In this document: positions 31,374 through 40,454 of the stretch, one piece after another | How positions within the stretch are numbered: the first letter of the stretch is position 1 | Layout of the letters: each line of letters opens with the position of its first letter | Assembly: GCA_017608235.1 (NCBI GenBank) | Contig: JAFCGI010000001.1 | Coordinates: forward strand, 74,651 to 138,650 | Source: Candidatus Pacearchaeota archaeon | GTDB lineage: Archaea > Nanobdellota > Nanobdellia > UBA10117 > JAFCGI01 | DNA length: 64,000 nt | Reading direction: 5' to 3' | Translations under genes and position numbers: made by a program | The notes under the pieces: model-generated | Database searches by the model: none | What the model was told of the DNA's origin: nothing | The model's input: the letters and a program-made list of their open reading frames with translations, nothing else

Positions 31374-31893
31374 AGGATTTGACCTCTATTATTTGATAGA
31401 TTGTTTCTGAACATGGAGAGGTGGTTATGTTTTCTTGTTTGTATGAGAGATATATATTATTATAGGTGTTTTTTGATAGAGATAAAGTGTTTTTTAATTG
31501 AATACCATAGCAATTATCTGCTGTAGGATCTTTATATTCTAGGACAACCCTATTAGAGTTTGAACCTATTTTAGATAGGCTATCTTGATAAAAATTAGCA
31601 TAATTAGATTGGGAATTTCGCTTTATGAATTCTATTTTATTTGTGGTGATGATAAGATCTTCATCATCTTCTAGAAAGAATTCATAAGGACCTTTTTTAC
31701 TTTGTTCGCGGGCAGAGTCTTGTATAAGCTGATTTATTTCGTGAAAGTTTAATTCGACTGTATTAAGTCTTTTTTTATCTTGGCTTTCTTTTAGTGTGGT
31801 TCTTGCAAACACTAAAGATATTGTAAGTATGGATATTATCATAATTAATACTAAAAGATATGAGATCATTGCTTGGGCTTTTTTTTTAGCCAT
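31363..31893 (-). CDS. Archaeal-type pilin-like protein
   Basis: KKKA|QAMISYLL followed by hydrophobic helix. Confidence 0.75.
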   Translation of the reverse strand: MAKKKAQAMISYLLVLIMIISILTISLVFARTTLKESQDKKRLNTVELNFHEINQLIQDSAREQSKKGPYEFFLEDDEDLIITTNKIEFIKRNSQSNYANFYQDSLSKIGSNSNRVVLEYKDPTADNCYGIQLKNTLSLSKNTYNNIYLSYKQENITTSPCSETIYQIIEVKSYEI

Positions 31894-31943
31894 ATTAATT
31901 ATATGTGTTTAGAAGTTTAAAAACTTGTAGATTTTGAATAAAA

Positions 31944-32483
31944 TTAGAGTTCTATTGAGGATATTATTTGACCAAATCCGCAAGGAGTATCAAAATAAAT
32001 ATTATAATTTATACTTCCTGATTCTGCGGTTAGAGAACAAGCACTCCCACTTAAATTAAATTTTAATTCTATAGCATTATTAAATGAGGTATTACAACCA
32101 GTTGTACAATCTATGTCACCAGAGACCCCGTTTACAGGCTCATTAAAACATATATCCCAATTATCTAAATAACGTCCGTTTTCGGTTTGTATACTAAAAT
32201 AAGTATCATTATCATTGCTTTCATAAATTGTTTCAGCTGTAGATCTTAGATTTGTTAGTTGGACTGTTAGCACATCTGTGGTGCTATTATATGTATTTCC
32301 TGAAACTAGAAATTTTGAGCACATTCTTGATTGACCTTCTTCATTTATTGTGGATTCTAGTTCTGCTACACTTTCTTTTCCGTATTCTAGAACAACTCTT
32401 GTACCTAGTATAGTTATGAGTAAACTTATGGTTAAGACTGCTAGCATTTCTATTATTGTAAATGCTTTTTTGGAATTAATCAT
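31944..32483 (-). CDS. Pilin with bacterial-type FTxxE N-terminus
   Basis: KKA|FTIIEMLAVL; Cys-rich head. Confidence 0.8.
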   Translation of the reverse strand: MINSKKAFTIIEMLAVLTISLLITILGTRVVLEYGKESVAELESTINEEGQSRMCSKFLVSGNTYNSTTDVLTVQLTNLRSTAETIYESNDNDTYFSIQTENGRYLDNWDICFNEPVNGVSGDIDCTTGCNTSFNNAIELKFNLSGSACSLTAESGSINYNIYFDTPCGFGQIISSIEL

Positions 32484-32556
32484 ATTATTATTTTAGAAAT
32501 TGTTGATATATATTTGTTTTGATATTAGATAAAAGAAAAAGAAAAAATGCATGGGA

Positions 32557-33069
32557 TTATGCTGCATTTGTTATTGCGTTACTTGTTGCATAATTACCAA
32601 GGTTATTTTTATCACATACAACGTCATTACTATCTTGAGCTGCAGTTAATACTACTTTTGTTACATTGTCGCTAAATGTTAAGTCCCATATACCATCATT
32701 ATATGATACACCACCTTGTATCCATACAGATCCATTATATCCTCTTGCGGCACCGCTTCCATTTAATATTGTATATTGTCTAAGTGGACATCCAGAGCTA
32801 GAATCTATTCTCCAACTAGTGTTTACTGTGGTAATACTTACGGTGTTTTGATATTGACCATTTTCACAATTCATTACTGCTGTTGAAAAACCTGAGGACC
32901 AGCTATAACAGCTAGCTGCTTGCGTACCTTGATTTTCAGTTAGTATTAATTGGTCTGGTACAGACTCTAATGCTCCTCTTAAAAAAGTTATAGCTATACT
33001 ACTTAATACTGCTATAATAGTCATAACTACTACTAATTCCATTAATGTAAATGCTTTTTTATTTACCAT
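32557..33069 (-). CDS. Pilin with bacterial-type FTxxE N-terminus; candidate major pilin
   Basis: KKA|FTLMELVVVMTIIAVL; strong GGAGG RBS upstream and T-rich tract downstream. Confidence 0.85.
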   Translation of the reverse strand: MVNKKAFTLMELVVVMTIIAVLSSIAITFLRGALESVPDQLILTENQGTQAASCYSWSSGFSTAVMNCENGQYQNTVSITTVNTSWRIDSSSGCPLRQYTILNGSGAARGYNGSVWIQGGVSYNDGIWDLTFSDNVTKVVLTAAQDSNDVVCDKNNLGNYATSNAITNAA

Positions 33070-33150
33070 TTTTCCTCCTTATTTTTATATAATTCTTAGT
33101 TTAGTATTGAGTAGTTGCTTATTATTTATATATATTTCTCTAGGATTAAA

Positions 33151-33645
33151 CTATACTACTCTTGCTGGAATTTGTCTATATGTATATGTTTCGCATCCAG
33201 ATAGTGTTAGATATAACCATGATGCTTTTTCTTGTGCACATCCAGGTACTTCTGCACTAGTATTTCCTATACAAGCTACTATAGACCCTGTGGCATTCTT
33301 ACATGTTAGATTGGAAGTACATATACTATATTCTGTGCTGCTAGAATTTTTAAGATAATCTATTTCTACAGCATAAGGTTCAGTTAATAATTCAAGACCG
33401 TCTTTAATGGATGGTATAGTGAATGTATAATTATTTGATGTTTCATTATAGGAAACATTAATATTTTCTATATCTTTCATTATTTCTTCAGTATTTTCAT
33501 AGCAATCTGTCTGGTTTGTGGATTTGTCAAGGGTTGTTCGTCCAAATGTTATTACTAATGTATATAGAGTAGCTATTATTATAGTAGTGATTACTAATTC
33601 AATTATTGTAAACGCTTTTTTATTATTCTTTTCTTTTAATTTCAT
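33151..33645 (-). CDS. Pilin with bacterial-type FTxxE N-terminus (start taken at internal ATG 33645)
   Basis: KKA|FTIIELVITTIIIA. Confidence 0.8.
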   Translation of the reverse strand: MKLKEKNNKKAFTIIELVITTIIIATLYTLVITFGRTTLDKSTNQTDCYENTEEIMKDIENINVSYNETSNNYTFTIPSIKDGLELLTEPYAVEIDYLKNSSSTEYSICTSNLTCKNATGSIVACIGNTSAEVPGCAQEKASWLYLTLSGCETYTYRQIPARVV

Positions 33646-33649
33646 ATGG

Positions 33650-34168
33650 CTAAAATGTAAATTTGAATACATCAATTTCTTCTCCACAACCTTCTATAAG
33701 TAATAATATTTGTGATGCTTGGTTTCCTCCACATATATTTGTACCATTTATAGTACCTATTTTTCCAGGAGTACATTCAGTAGATCCACATCTAAGGGTT
33801 GCATATTCTTTAATATTATTTTGACATGTTACAATAACATCATTTATTTCATTAGATAGTCTGAAATCTCCTGCTTGAGAATCTGAATAAGGATGTAGTC
33901 CACAACTATTATAATTTGGGATATCGTTAGTGGTATAGATTTTTGTAGAACTGTTATAAGTTATGTTAAGTGCTGGACAGCCTGAGAAGTCTGGAGCTTC
34001 ATTATAAATAATTAGTTGAGCATAATCAAATATACATCCTTGTTGGTTTTTATGTTCTCTAATAGCACCTATTACTTGTGGTGCTGCAGTTGCTATTATT
34101 GTAAATGCAATTGTGATTGCTACCATTAATTCAACTATGAATGATGCTTTTTTGTTTAGGTGCGCCAT
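33650..34168 (-). CDS. Pilin-like protein with E+5
   Basis: KKA|SFIVELMVAI; Cys-rich head. Confidence 0.75.
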   Translation of the reverse strand: MAHLNKKASFIVELMVAITIAFTIIATAAPQVIGAIREHKNQQGCIFDYAQLIIYNEAPDFSGCPALNITYNSSTKIYTTNDIPNYNSCGLHPYSDSQAGDFRLSNEINDVIVTCQNNIKEYATLRCGSTECTPGKIGTINGTNICGGNQASQILLLIEGCGEEIDVFKFTF

Positions 34169-34228
34169 TTTATTATTAGTATTTAGTGTTTTAATTGTTT
34201 ATTATTTTTTTGATTTTGATAGTTATGA

Positions 34229-34663
34229 TTATGAAGGCATTGGTGCTGATGCTGGAAAGCTTATTTTGGAAGGCATTATTAAAACATTAAAGTAAGTTCC
34301 AGTGCAACCACCAGGAATTGTTGTAGAAATAACACATGAAAATGCTGTGCAAATTTGTTCGCTGTTGACATTTGAAGTACATACAATATCTTCATTTTGA
34401 TCAAGTATTTGTACTTCTGATTCTGTAGATATTTTTAGAGTAGGAGCAAATTTTATAAATTCAATACTGAGAGTGTTTCCAATTAAAACCGCACCTTCAT
34501 ATTGTATTCCAGCCATGCTTTGAGCATTATCGCCTATATTTTCATATATTCTTTGAGGATTTTCTCTGAACCAAGGAAGAGATATTGAGATACCAAGCAA
34601 GATTATAATTACTACTATTACGAATGATATATAGTTTGCTAGGGCTTTTGAGTTGTTTTTCAT
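34229..34663 (-). CDS. Pilin-like protein
   Basis: NSKA|LANYISFV followed by hydrophobic helix. Confidence 0.65.
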   Translation of the reverse strand: MKNNSKALANYISFVIVVIIILLGISISLPWFRENPQRIYENIGDNAQSMAGIQYEGAVLIGNTLSIEFIKFAPTLKISTESEVQILDQNEDIVCTSNVNSEQICTAFSCVISTTIPGGCTGTYFNVLIMPSKISFPASAPMPS

Positions 34664-34668
34664 TTTAT

Positions 34669-35181
34669 TTAACGACACCAAAATGGACAGTGAGATCCTC
34701 CATATGCATAAGGTAACCTATAAGTATAATTTGTATTTAGGGGACAATTGGTGAGATTAATTAATCCATTATTTGCGCAATCTGTGCAACTTGCTGTACA
34801 ATATTCTTTAGTTCCATCTGACTTATATACAGTAACTGTGCCACCGTCTTGGATTCTTAATGTAGAGGGTAAAGGATAAGAATCATTTGGCATGTTAAAA
34901 TAACCATCAGAGCAAGTTTCTCCAGTATCTAATATCCAGTTTCTAAATTGTTTTTGTTCATTTGTACATGTTGCAAAATATTGTTGAGTAAGTGGAGGTG
35001 TTATTGTATTTAGTGCAGTGTTTCCTGCAGTAGGAGCTGTTGGATTATATATTCCATTAGTAGTAGCTTTAGTTTTTTCTATAATATCTTCTTTGTATGT
35101 ACGCTCAACAATAGTAGTGCTAGCTAATACAATTAATATTAATACTAAAATAGAGATTATGTTTGATATAGCTTTTTTCAT
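34669..35181 (-). CDS. Archaeal-type pilin-like protein
   Basis: MKKA|ISNIISIL; paralogue of 35237-35719. Confidence 0.75.
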   Translation of the reverse strand: MKKAISNIISILVLILIVLASTTIVERTYKEDIIEKTKATTNGIYNPTAPTAGNTALNTITPPLTQQYFATCTNEQKQFRNWILDTGETCSDGYFNMPNDSYPLPSTLRIQDGGTVTVYKSDGTKEYCTASCTDCANNGLINLTNCPLNTNYTYRLPYAYGGSHCPFWCR

Positions 35182-35236
35182 TGTTTTATATTTTATAATT
35201 AGCTTTTGAATTATTTATTTCTTTTTATTATTATAT

Positions 35237-35719
35237 TTAACATGTGAATTTGCAGGTAGCTTCATTGCCTTCGTAAGTAACTTTATATTTTATAGTGTAA
35301 ATTAGTGAGTTTGCAAGACTGCAGTTAGAGAGATTTAATAAACCATTGTTTCCGCAATCACTACAAGTTACTATGCAGGTTTCAAAAGTCTTATCTGGAT
35401 ATTTAACTATAGTATCACTATTGTTTATAACTTCTCCAGATAAGTATGTGAAGGTTGCAGGAGGCATGTTGAAAGATCCATCATTACATTTTTCATTGTA
35501 TTTTAATTGGTAATCATGAATTGCTGTTATGTCATGAATACAGAGTTCTTTTGCTTTGGTGCTGGGAAATAATGTATCTAAAACTTCTTTGTGTTTTATA
35601 GATGTGTCTGATGCAAACATATCTATGTTTTCTTTATAGTTATTGTAGAGAATTGCTAAGCTTGAAAGTGCTATTAATATTATTATGCTCATAGAAATTA
35701 GATGTGAGGCTTTTTTCAT
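35237..35719 (-). CDS. Pilin-like protein
   Basis: MKKA|SHLISM; shares C.DG.FNMP and C.DC.NNGL.NL.NC with the neighbouring gene. Confidence 0.7.
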   Translation of the reverse strand: MKKASHLISMSIIILIALSSLAILYNNYKENIDMFASDTSIKHKEVLDTLFPSTKAKELCIHDITAIHDYQLKYNEKCNDGSFNMPPATFTYLSGEVINNSDTIVKYPDKTFETCIVTCSDCGNNGLLNLSNCSLANSLIYTIKYKVTYEGNEATCKFTC

Positions 35720-35737
35720 TATGAATCATATGTATTG

Positions 35738-36214
35738 TTAGGCTATAAAGCTTACTGGTACAGAATGTATGTTATTTGGTTGGAAGATTATTTGGGCAGA
35801 TATTTCTCCAAGATTAGTTAGATTGCATACTGGGATTGTAAATTCGTTGAAAGAGTTTTCTTGAATAATTATTTCACCAGTGGTATTACATATTTCTATT
35901 ATACATTCTGTTCTTGTTGTGCTGATATCTTTTAGTATAAGAAGAGATTCTGGATCATAGTTTCTACAAGCAAATAATTTTGTAGTACCTTTATTTTCAG
36001 CTTTAATAGTAAGATTTAATACTGAGGAATCATAAGAAGGATTTGATAATATAATATTGGTTTCTACTTGGGCAAATACATTATCTGCTTGATCTTTGCT
36101 TATGGATGTGAGTTTGTCTCTTTCTATAGCATACCAAACAGAAACTATTGAAAGTAAGAAAACAGTTAATAAAATAATTAAAGAAAGAGAAAGAGTCTGG
36201 GTTGCTTTCATCAC
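35738..36214 (-). CDS. Pilin-like protein
   Basis: MMKA|TQTLSL followed by hydrophobic helix; ENKGTT. Confidence 0.65.
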   Translation of the reverse strand: MMKATQTLSLSLIILLTVFLLSIVSVWYAIERDKLTSISKDQADNVFAQVETNIILSNPSYDSSVLNLTIKAENKGTTKLFACRNYDPESLLILKDISTTRTECIIEICNTTGEIIIQENSFNEFTIPVCNLTNLGEISAQIIFQPNNIHSVPVSFIA

Positions 36215-36714
36215 TCAGATGTTAGATAGAATAGATATCCATCTATATTTGTTGGTTTGAATGTTAATAGTATTTTTGTGTTTACTCCAGATGACACTGC
36301 ATTTATGCTACAGTTTAGATCTCCACTTGCATTAAGTCCACAGCAAGGAAGCGAAATTTCTAGTTTTTCTCCTGAAAGTGCACCATTATGACTAAAATGG
36401 CCATCACAATATACTTGGTCGCCTTCTATTGATACTACTTGGTATGTACTGGCGTTAGAGGAGTCAGCTTTTATTGTTGTAGTGCCTACATTTTTGAAAG
36501 TGATATTTATTGGGTTTACTCCATCTTGAGCTATAACTCTTAATGAGCCAGCTAATGCTTGAGATACTTGTATGTCTGTAGCCTGTGATTGGGCAGCACT
36601 TGTTTTTTCTTGAGATGATTTCCAACTTACTCCTGCTGCTGCTGCAATACCTAAAACTATTAATACTAACATTAATCCGCCTACTAAGTTTGATTGTGCT
36701 TTTTTACTTATCAT
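36211..36714 (-). CDS. Archaeal-type pilin
   Basis: KKA|QSNLVGGLML; NPINITFKNVG, CDGHF. Confidence 0.8.
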   Translation of the reverse strand: MISKKAQSNLVGGLMLVLIVLGIAAAAGVSWKSSQEKTSAAQSQATDIQVSQALAGSLRVIAQDGVNPINITFKNVGTTTIKADSSNASTYQVVSIEGDQVYCDGHFSHNGALSGEKLEISLPCCGLNASGDLNCSINAVSSGVNTKILLTFKPTNIDGYLFYLTSE

Positions 36715-36771
36715 TTTTAATCCTCTTTTTGTTTAAATTAGGAATTGTTCCTTTTTTTATGTTATTTAGTA

Positions 36772-37272
36772 TTATCTGGTGAGGAATATTGATAGAGGAT
36801 ACTTTATTTCTTTTAGTGCTATATAGTCTCCTTGATGAAATCCAAGAATTATGATTACTGTATTATTTACTTGAGAATCTCTGTAAGATGTTAGATCACA
36901 GTCAGAGATTAGTATTGTACCTTTTTGCTGTTTTGGAATTTCTGGGGAATTAAAGTGTCCATCGCATATTTTTTTTTCAGATTCTTGTTTTATGAAGTAT
37001 GTGCTGGATGAGTTTTTAATTTTGATATCTCCTTGATTAAGTATTGTTATATTAATAGGATTTCCTGCGGTTCCTATTCCTGTGATACTTAGTGTTTCAA
37101 GATTGTGAGAAAGATATCCAGCAACTTTTTGATCCACTAGCTGAGTGCCTGCTGCAGTCAAGTCATCTACAGAGTTTTTTTGAGTATCATTAAAAAATAC
37201 AAATATGGAAATCATGATTAAAGTTATGGCTAGAAATCCTAGTGTGTTTGCTGCAGCTTTTTTTGATTTCAT
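36772..37272 (-). CDS. Archaeal-type pilin-like protein
   Basis: KKA|AANTLG; NPINITILNQG, CDGHF (paralogue of 36211-36714). Confidence 0.75.
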   Translation of the reverse strand: MKSKKAAANTLGFLAITLIMISIFVFFNDTQKNSVDDLTAAGTQLVDQKVAGYLSHNLETLSITGIGTAGNPINITILNQGDIKIKNSSSTYFIKQESEKKICDGHFNSPEIPKQQKGTILISDCDLTSYRDSQVNNTVIIILGFHQGDYIALKEIKYPLSIFLTR

Positions 37273-37306
37273 GATATAATGATTAAATAAGAAAAAAGTA
37301 AAAAAT

Positions 37307-37879
37307 TTATGTTGCGTAAGCTATAAACATTGCTGTTGCTTCTACACCATCAGGTTCAAAAGTGGTTTCTACTGTTATTCTCTTATTTATGTTGTTATTT
37401 AGTCCTTCATAACAAGTGGTGTTTGTTAGATTTAGTTTAATTCTTCTAGAATCATGTCCTGGAAGATCTTCACTACAACCTTCATTACATTCTATATAGC
37501 TATTTGATCCATCTCCACACCATTTAACTGCTGAACAAATTGGATCTAAATCTTCATCTAGAATATTTGTACGCGTTGTTGAAATTCCTTCTGCACATAT
37601 GTCTCTAATTTCTCTTAGAGTTGTTCTACCATTATTAACAACTGTGAATTCCATTCCCCCAGAATCATTATCATATACTACATTTTCTATAGTTATTGCT
37701 TTTCCATATTTAGCAGTTTGTGCATCTACTTGTTCAGTACCTGCTGCCTGAAGTCCAGAACTCATTTTTGAGAACCAGATGAATGCTGCTCCAGCAGAAG
37801 CTACAGCTAACATTAGTAATAATAAAACCGCTAAAATTGGAGAGATACCTTTCTTTGATAAAAATAAGTTGCCTTTCAT
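37307..37879 (-). CDS. Archaeal pilin/archaellin-type N-terminus protein; candidate major pilin
   Basis: KKG|ISPILAVLLLLMLAVASAG...W; first gene of the array, followed by a T-rich tract. Confidence 0.85.
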   Translation of the reverse strand: MKGNLFLSKKGISPILAVLLLLMLAVASAGAAFIWFSKMSSGLQAAGTEQVDAQTAKYGKAITIENVVYDNDSGGMEFTVVNNGRTTLREIRDICAEGISTTRTNILDEDLDPICSAVKWCGDGSNSYIECNEGCSEDLPGHDSRRIKLNLTNTTCYEGLNNNINKRITVETTFEPDGVEATAMFIAYAT

Positions 37880-37948
37880 TTTCGGTTTGGTTTCCTTTAT
37901 TGTATTATTGAGTGTATTTGAGCTTTTTATATTTTTCTTTTTAAATTC

Positions 37949-38455
37949 TTAACGATATTGATAGAGATTTAGGAATGATTTTAATTCATTATAGAAGTCC
38001 CAGCCTTCTTTCCAAAGTTCTCCTTTTAGTTGTTCTAGTGTAGATTTATAGAGATATTTATCATAAAAACCTTTTAAGAATTTAAAGAAAGGGCTTTTTT
38101 CCCAAGCATCTTCATAATCAGTTACTATATAAGCAGTTATGAATATATTTATTTCACCTTGATTCATTTTTATGTCTTGGCCTGCCTGCTGTACTTTGAC
38201 GTCATTAATTCCAAAGAGCTGCCATTTAACTTTAATTACAAATCTAGAATATTCATCTATGTCGCGTATAGCTTCCCATTTGATTTCAAATTCTTTGCCT
38301 TGAGGTTTTACTTTTTCTGTATATTTAGCTTCATATACATCATATTTGTACCATTCAAGCCAATTATGAGCATGCTTATATACTTCATCAAAATCAAAGA
38401 TTATATTTTTAACTTGGATTCTTTGATCGGTAAGTAATTCAATCTTTTCAGACAT
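37949..38455 (-). CDS. Hypothetical protein
   Basis: Long ORF with natural composition; no recognised motif. Confidence 0.7.
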   Translation of the reverse strand: MSEKIELLTDQRIQVKNIIFDFDEVYKHAHNWLEWYKYDVYEAKYTEKVKPQGKEFEIKWEAIRDIDEYSRFVIKVKWQLFGINDVKVQQAGQDIKMNQGEINIFITAYIVTDYEDAWEKSPFFKFLKGFYDKYLYKSTLEQLKGELWKEGWDFYNELKSFLNLYQYR

Positions 38456-38570
38456 AGCTAGAACTAAGCTGTAAGGGAATATAAGTTTTTTGTTAGAGTA
38501 AAAAAGCTAGTCGTAAGTTTTTTAAATAATACTGATAACTTTTTGTTATGATTTTAGTGGAGGTGTTAAA

Positions 38571-40211
38571 ATGAATCAAAATCAGATGCAACCTATTTTT
38601 GTGTTACCAGAAGGTACACTAAGAAATTCTGGAAAGAATGCACAGAAGATTAATATAATGGCTGCAAAAGCAGTTGCAGATACTGTTAGAACTACCCTTG
38701 GACCAAAGGGAATGGATAAAATGCTTGTGGATTCTATCGGGGATGTGGTTATTACAAATGATGGTGTTACTATCTTAGATGAGATGGAAATAGATCATCC
38801 TGCCGCTAAAATGATTGTCGAGATTGCTAAGGTGCAAGAAGATGAAGTTGGAGATGGAACTACTACAGCAGTTATTTTGGGAGGAGAGCTATTGAAGAAT
38901 GCTGAAACTCTGATAGATAAGAATATCCATCCAACAGTTATTGCTAATGGATATAAGTTAGCTGCATCTAAGGCACAAGAAATATTACAAAATTTAGGAA
39001 CTGATATTTCAGTAAATGATAAAGATATTCTAAAAAATGTGGCTTTGACTGCTATGACTGGAAAAAATGTAGAGTGGGCAAGAGACAAGCTTGCTCAGAT
39101 TGCAGTAGATGCTATTTTATATGTGGTTGATAAAGAAGACAATAAAAGTGTGATTGATATAGATAATATAAAAATTGAGAAAAAAGAAGGTGGCGGAAGC
39201 AATGACACTGAGTTAGTACAAGGATTAGTAATAGATAAGGAAAGAGTTCATGCAGGAATGCCTAGATCTGTTGAGGATGCTAAGATTTTACTTCTTGATT
39301 CTGCTCTTGAAGTTAAGGAAACAGAAACAGATGCTAAAATAAGCATAACTAGTCCAGATCAGTTGCAAGCATTTATTGATCAGGAAGATAAGATGCTTAG
39401 AAATATGGTTGATAAAGTAGCAGCCACAGGAGTGAATGTTTTATTTTGTCAGAAAGGAATAGATGATATTGCTCAGCATTATTTATCTAAGCAAGGTATT
39501 TTTGCAGCTAGAAGAGTTAAGAAAAGTGATATGGAGAAATTAGCAAGAGCTACTGGAGCAAAAGTTATTACTAATTTAGATGCTATTGAGGAGCAAGATA
39601 TTGGATCTGCTGGCTTGGTTGAAGAGAAGAAGCTTGGTGGAGAAAACATGACTTTTATAAGAAAATGTGAGAATCCTAAGGCAGTTTCTATAGTTATTAG
39701 AGGCGGAACAGAACATGTTGTGGATGAGGTTGAGAGAGCATTAAAGGATGCTGTTGGAGACTTAGCTGCAGCAATTCATGTAGGTAAGTGCGTTTCTGGT
39801 GGTGGAGCCATAGAAGTAGAGCTAGCTAAGAAGCTTAGAGAATTTGCAGAAGGCACTTCCGGAAGAGAACAGCTAGCTGTGCAGGCTTTTGCAGATACTT
39901 TGGAGATAATTCCAAGAACTTTAGCTGAGAATGCAGGTTTAGATCCGATAGATATGCTTACAGATCTAAAATCAAAGCATGATGAAGGTAATGTTTCTGC
40001 AGGATTAGATGTTTTCACAGGGAAAGTTGAGGATATGTGGGCTAAAGGAGTTATTGAACCTTTAAAAATTAAGACTCAAGCCATACAGTCTGCATCAGAA
40101 GCAGCAATTATGCTGTTGAGAATAGATGACATTATTTCAGCAGGAAAACTTGATAAGGATCCTGGAATGGGTGGTGGAATGCCTCCTCAAGGAATGCCTG
40201 GAATGATGTAA
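38571..40211 (+). CDS. ths: Thermosome (group II chaperonin) subunit
   Basis: [25 protein letters not shown] tail; GGAGGTG RBS. Confidence 0.98.
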   Translation: MNQNQMQPIFVLPEGTLRNSGKNAQKINIMAAKAVADTVRTTLGPKGMDKMLVDSIGDVVITNDGVTILDEMEIDHPAAKMIVEIAKVQEDEVGDGTTTAVILGGELLKNAETLIDKNIHPTVIANGYKLAASKAQEILQNLGTDISVNDKDILKNVALTAMTGKNVEWARDKLAQIAVDAILYVVDKEDNKSVIDIDNIKIEKKEGGGSNDTELVQGLVIDKERVHAGMPRSVEDAKILLLDSALEVKETETDAKISITSPDQLQAFIDQEDKMLRNMVDKVAATGVNVLFCQKGIDDIAQHYLSKQGIFAARRVKKSDMEKLARATGAKVITNLDAIEEQDIGSAGLVEEKKLGGENMTFIRKCENPKAVSIVIRGGTEHVVDEVERALKDAVGDLAAAIHVGKCVSGGGAIEVELAKKLREFAEGTSGREQLAVQAFADTLEIIPRTLAENAGLDPIDMLTDLKSKHDEGNVSAGLDVFTGKVEDMWAKGVIEPLKIKTQAIQSASEAAIMLLRIDDIISAGKLDKDPGMGGGMPPQGMPGMM

Positions 40212-40255
40212 TTTTTTATTTTTTACTATTTTCCTCTTGTTTTAACTTAAATTAT

Positions 40256-40272
40256 CGAAAAGCTTTTAAAGC
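40256..40272 (+). promoter_or_regulatory. BRE-TATA promoter upstream of dnaG
   Basis: CGAAAAG followed by CTTTTAAAG matches the archaeal BRE+TATA consensus. Confidence 0.55.
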
Positions 40273-40454
40273 GAAATAGTTTGAGTTTTAGTGCGAAAAC
40301 AAAAGAAAATCGCGTATTAATTTAACTTTCATCATTTCATTATTTGAAAAAAAAGGAAGGCTAAATAGCCATAATAAAGCTAATAGAGCTTTATCAGAGT
40401 GGAAAGAGCTGTTTAGTAGAGTGTAGATTTCTTTTGTTTTAAGAGGTGATAATA

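Noticed and set aside
30948-37879. Archaellum operon
   Set aside because: No ArlH, ArlF/G or single ArlJ seen; two TadB/C-like platform proteins indicate a pilus
30948-37879. DGR, shufflon or integron-like cassette mechanism for pilin variation
   Set aside because: No reverse transcriptase, recombinase, template/variable repeat pair or recurring inter-gene recombination site was visible
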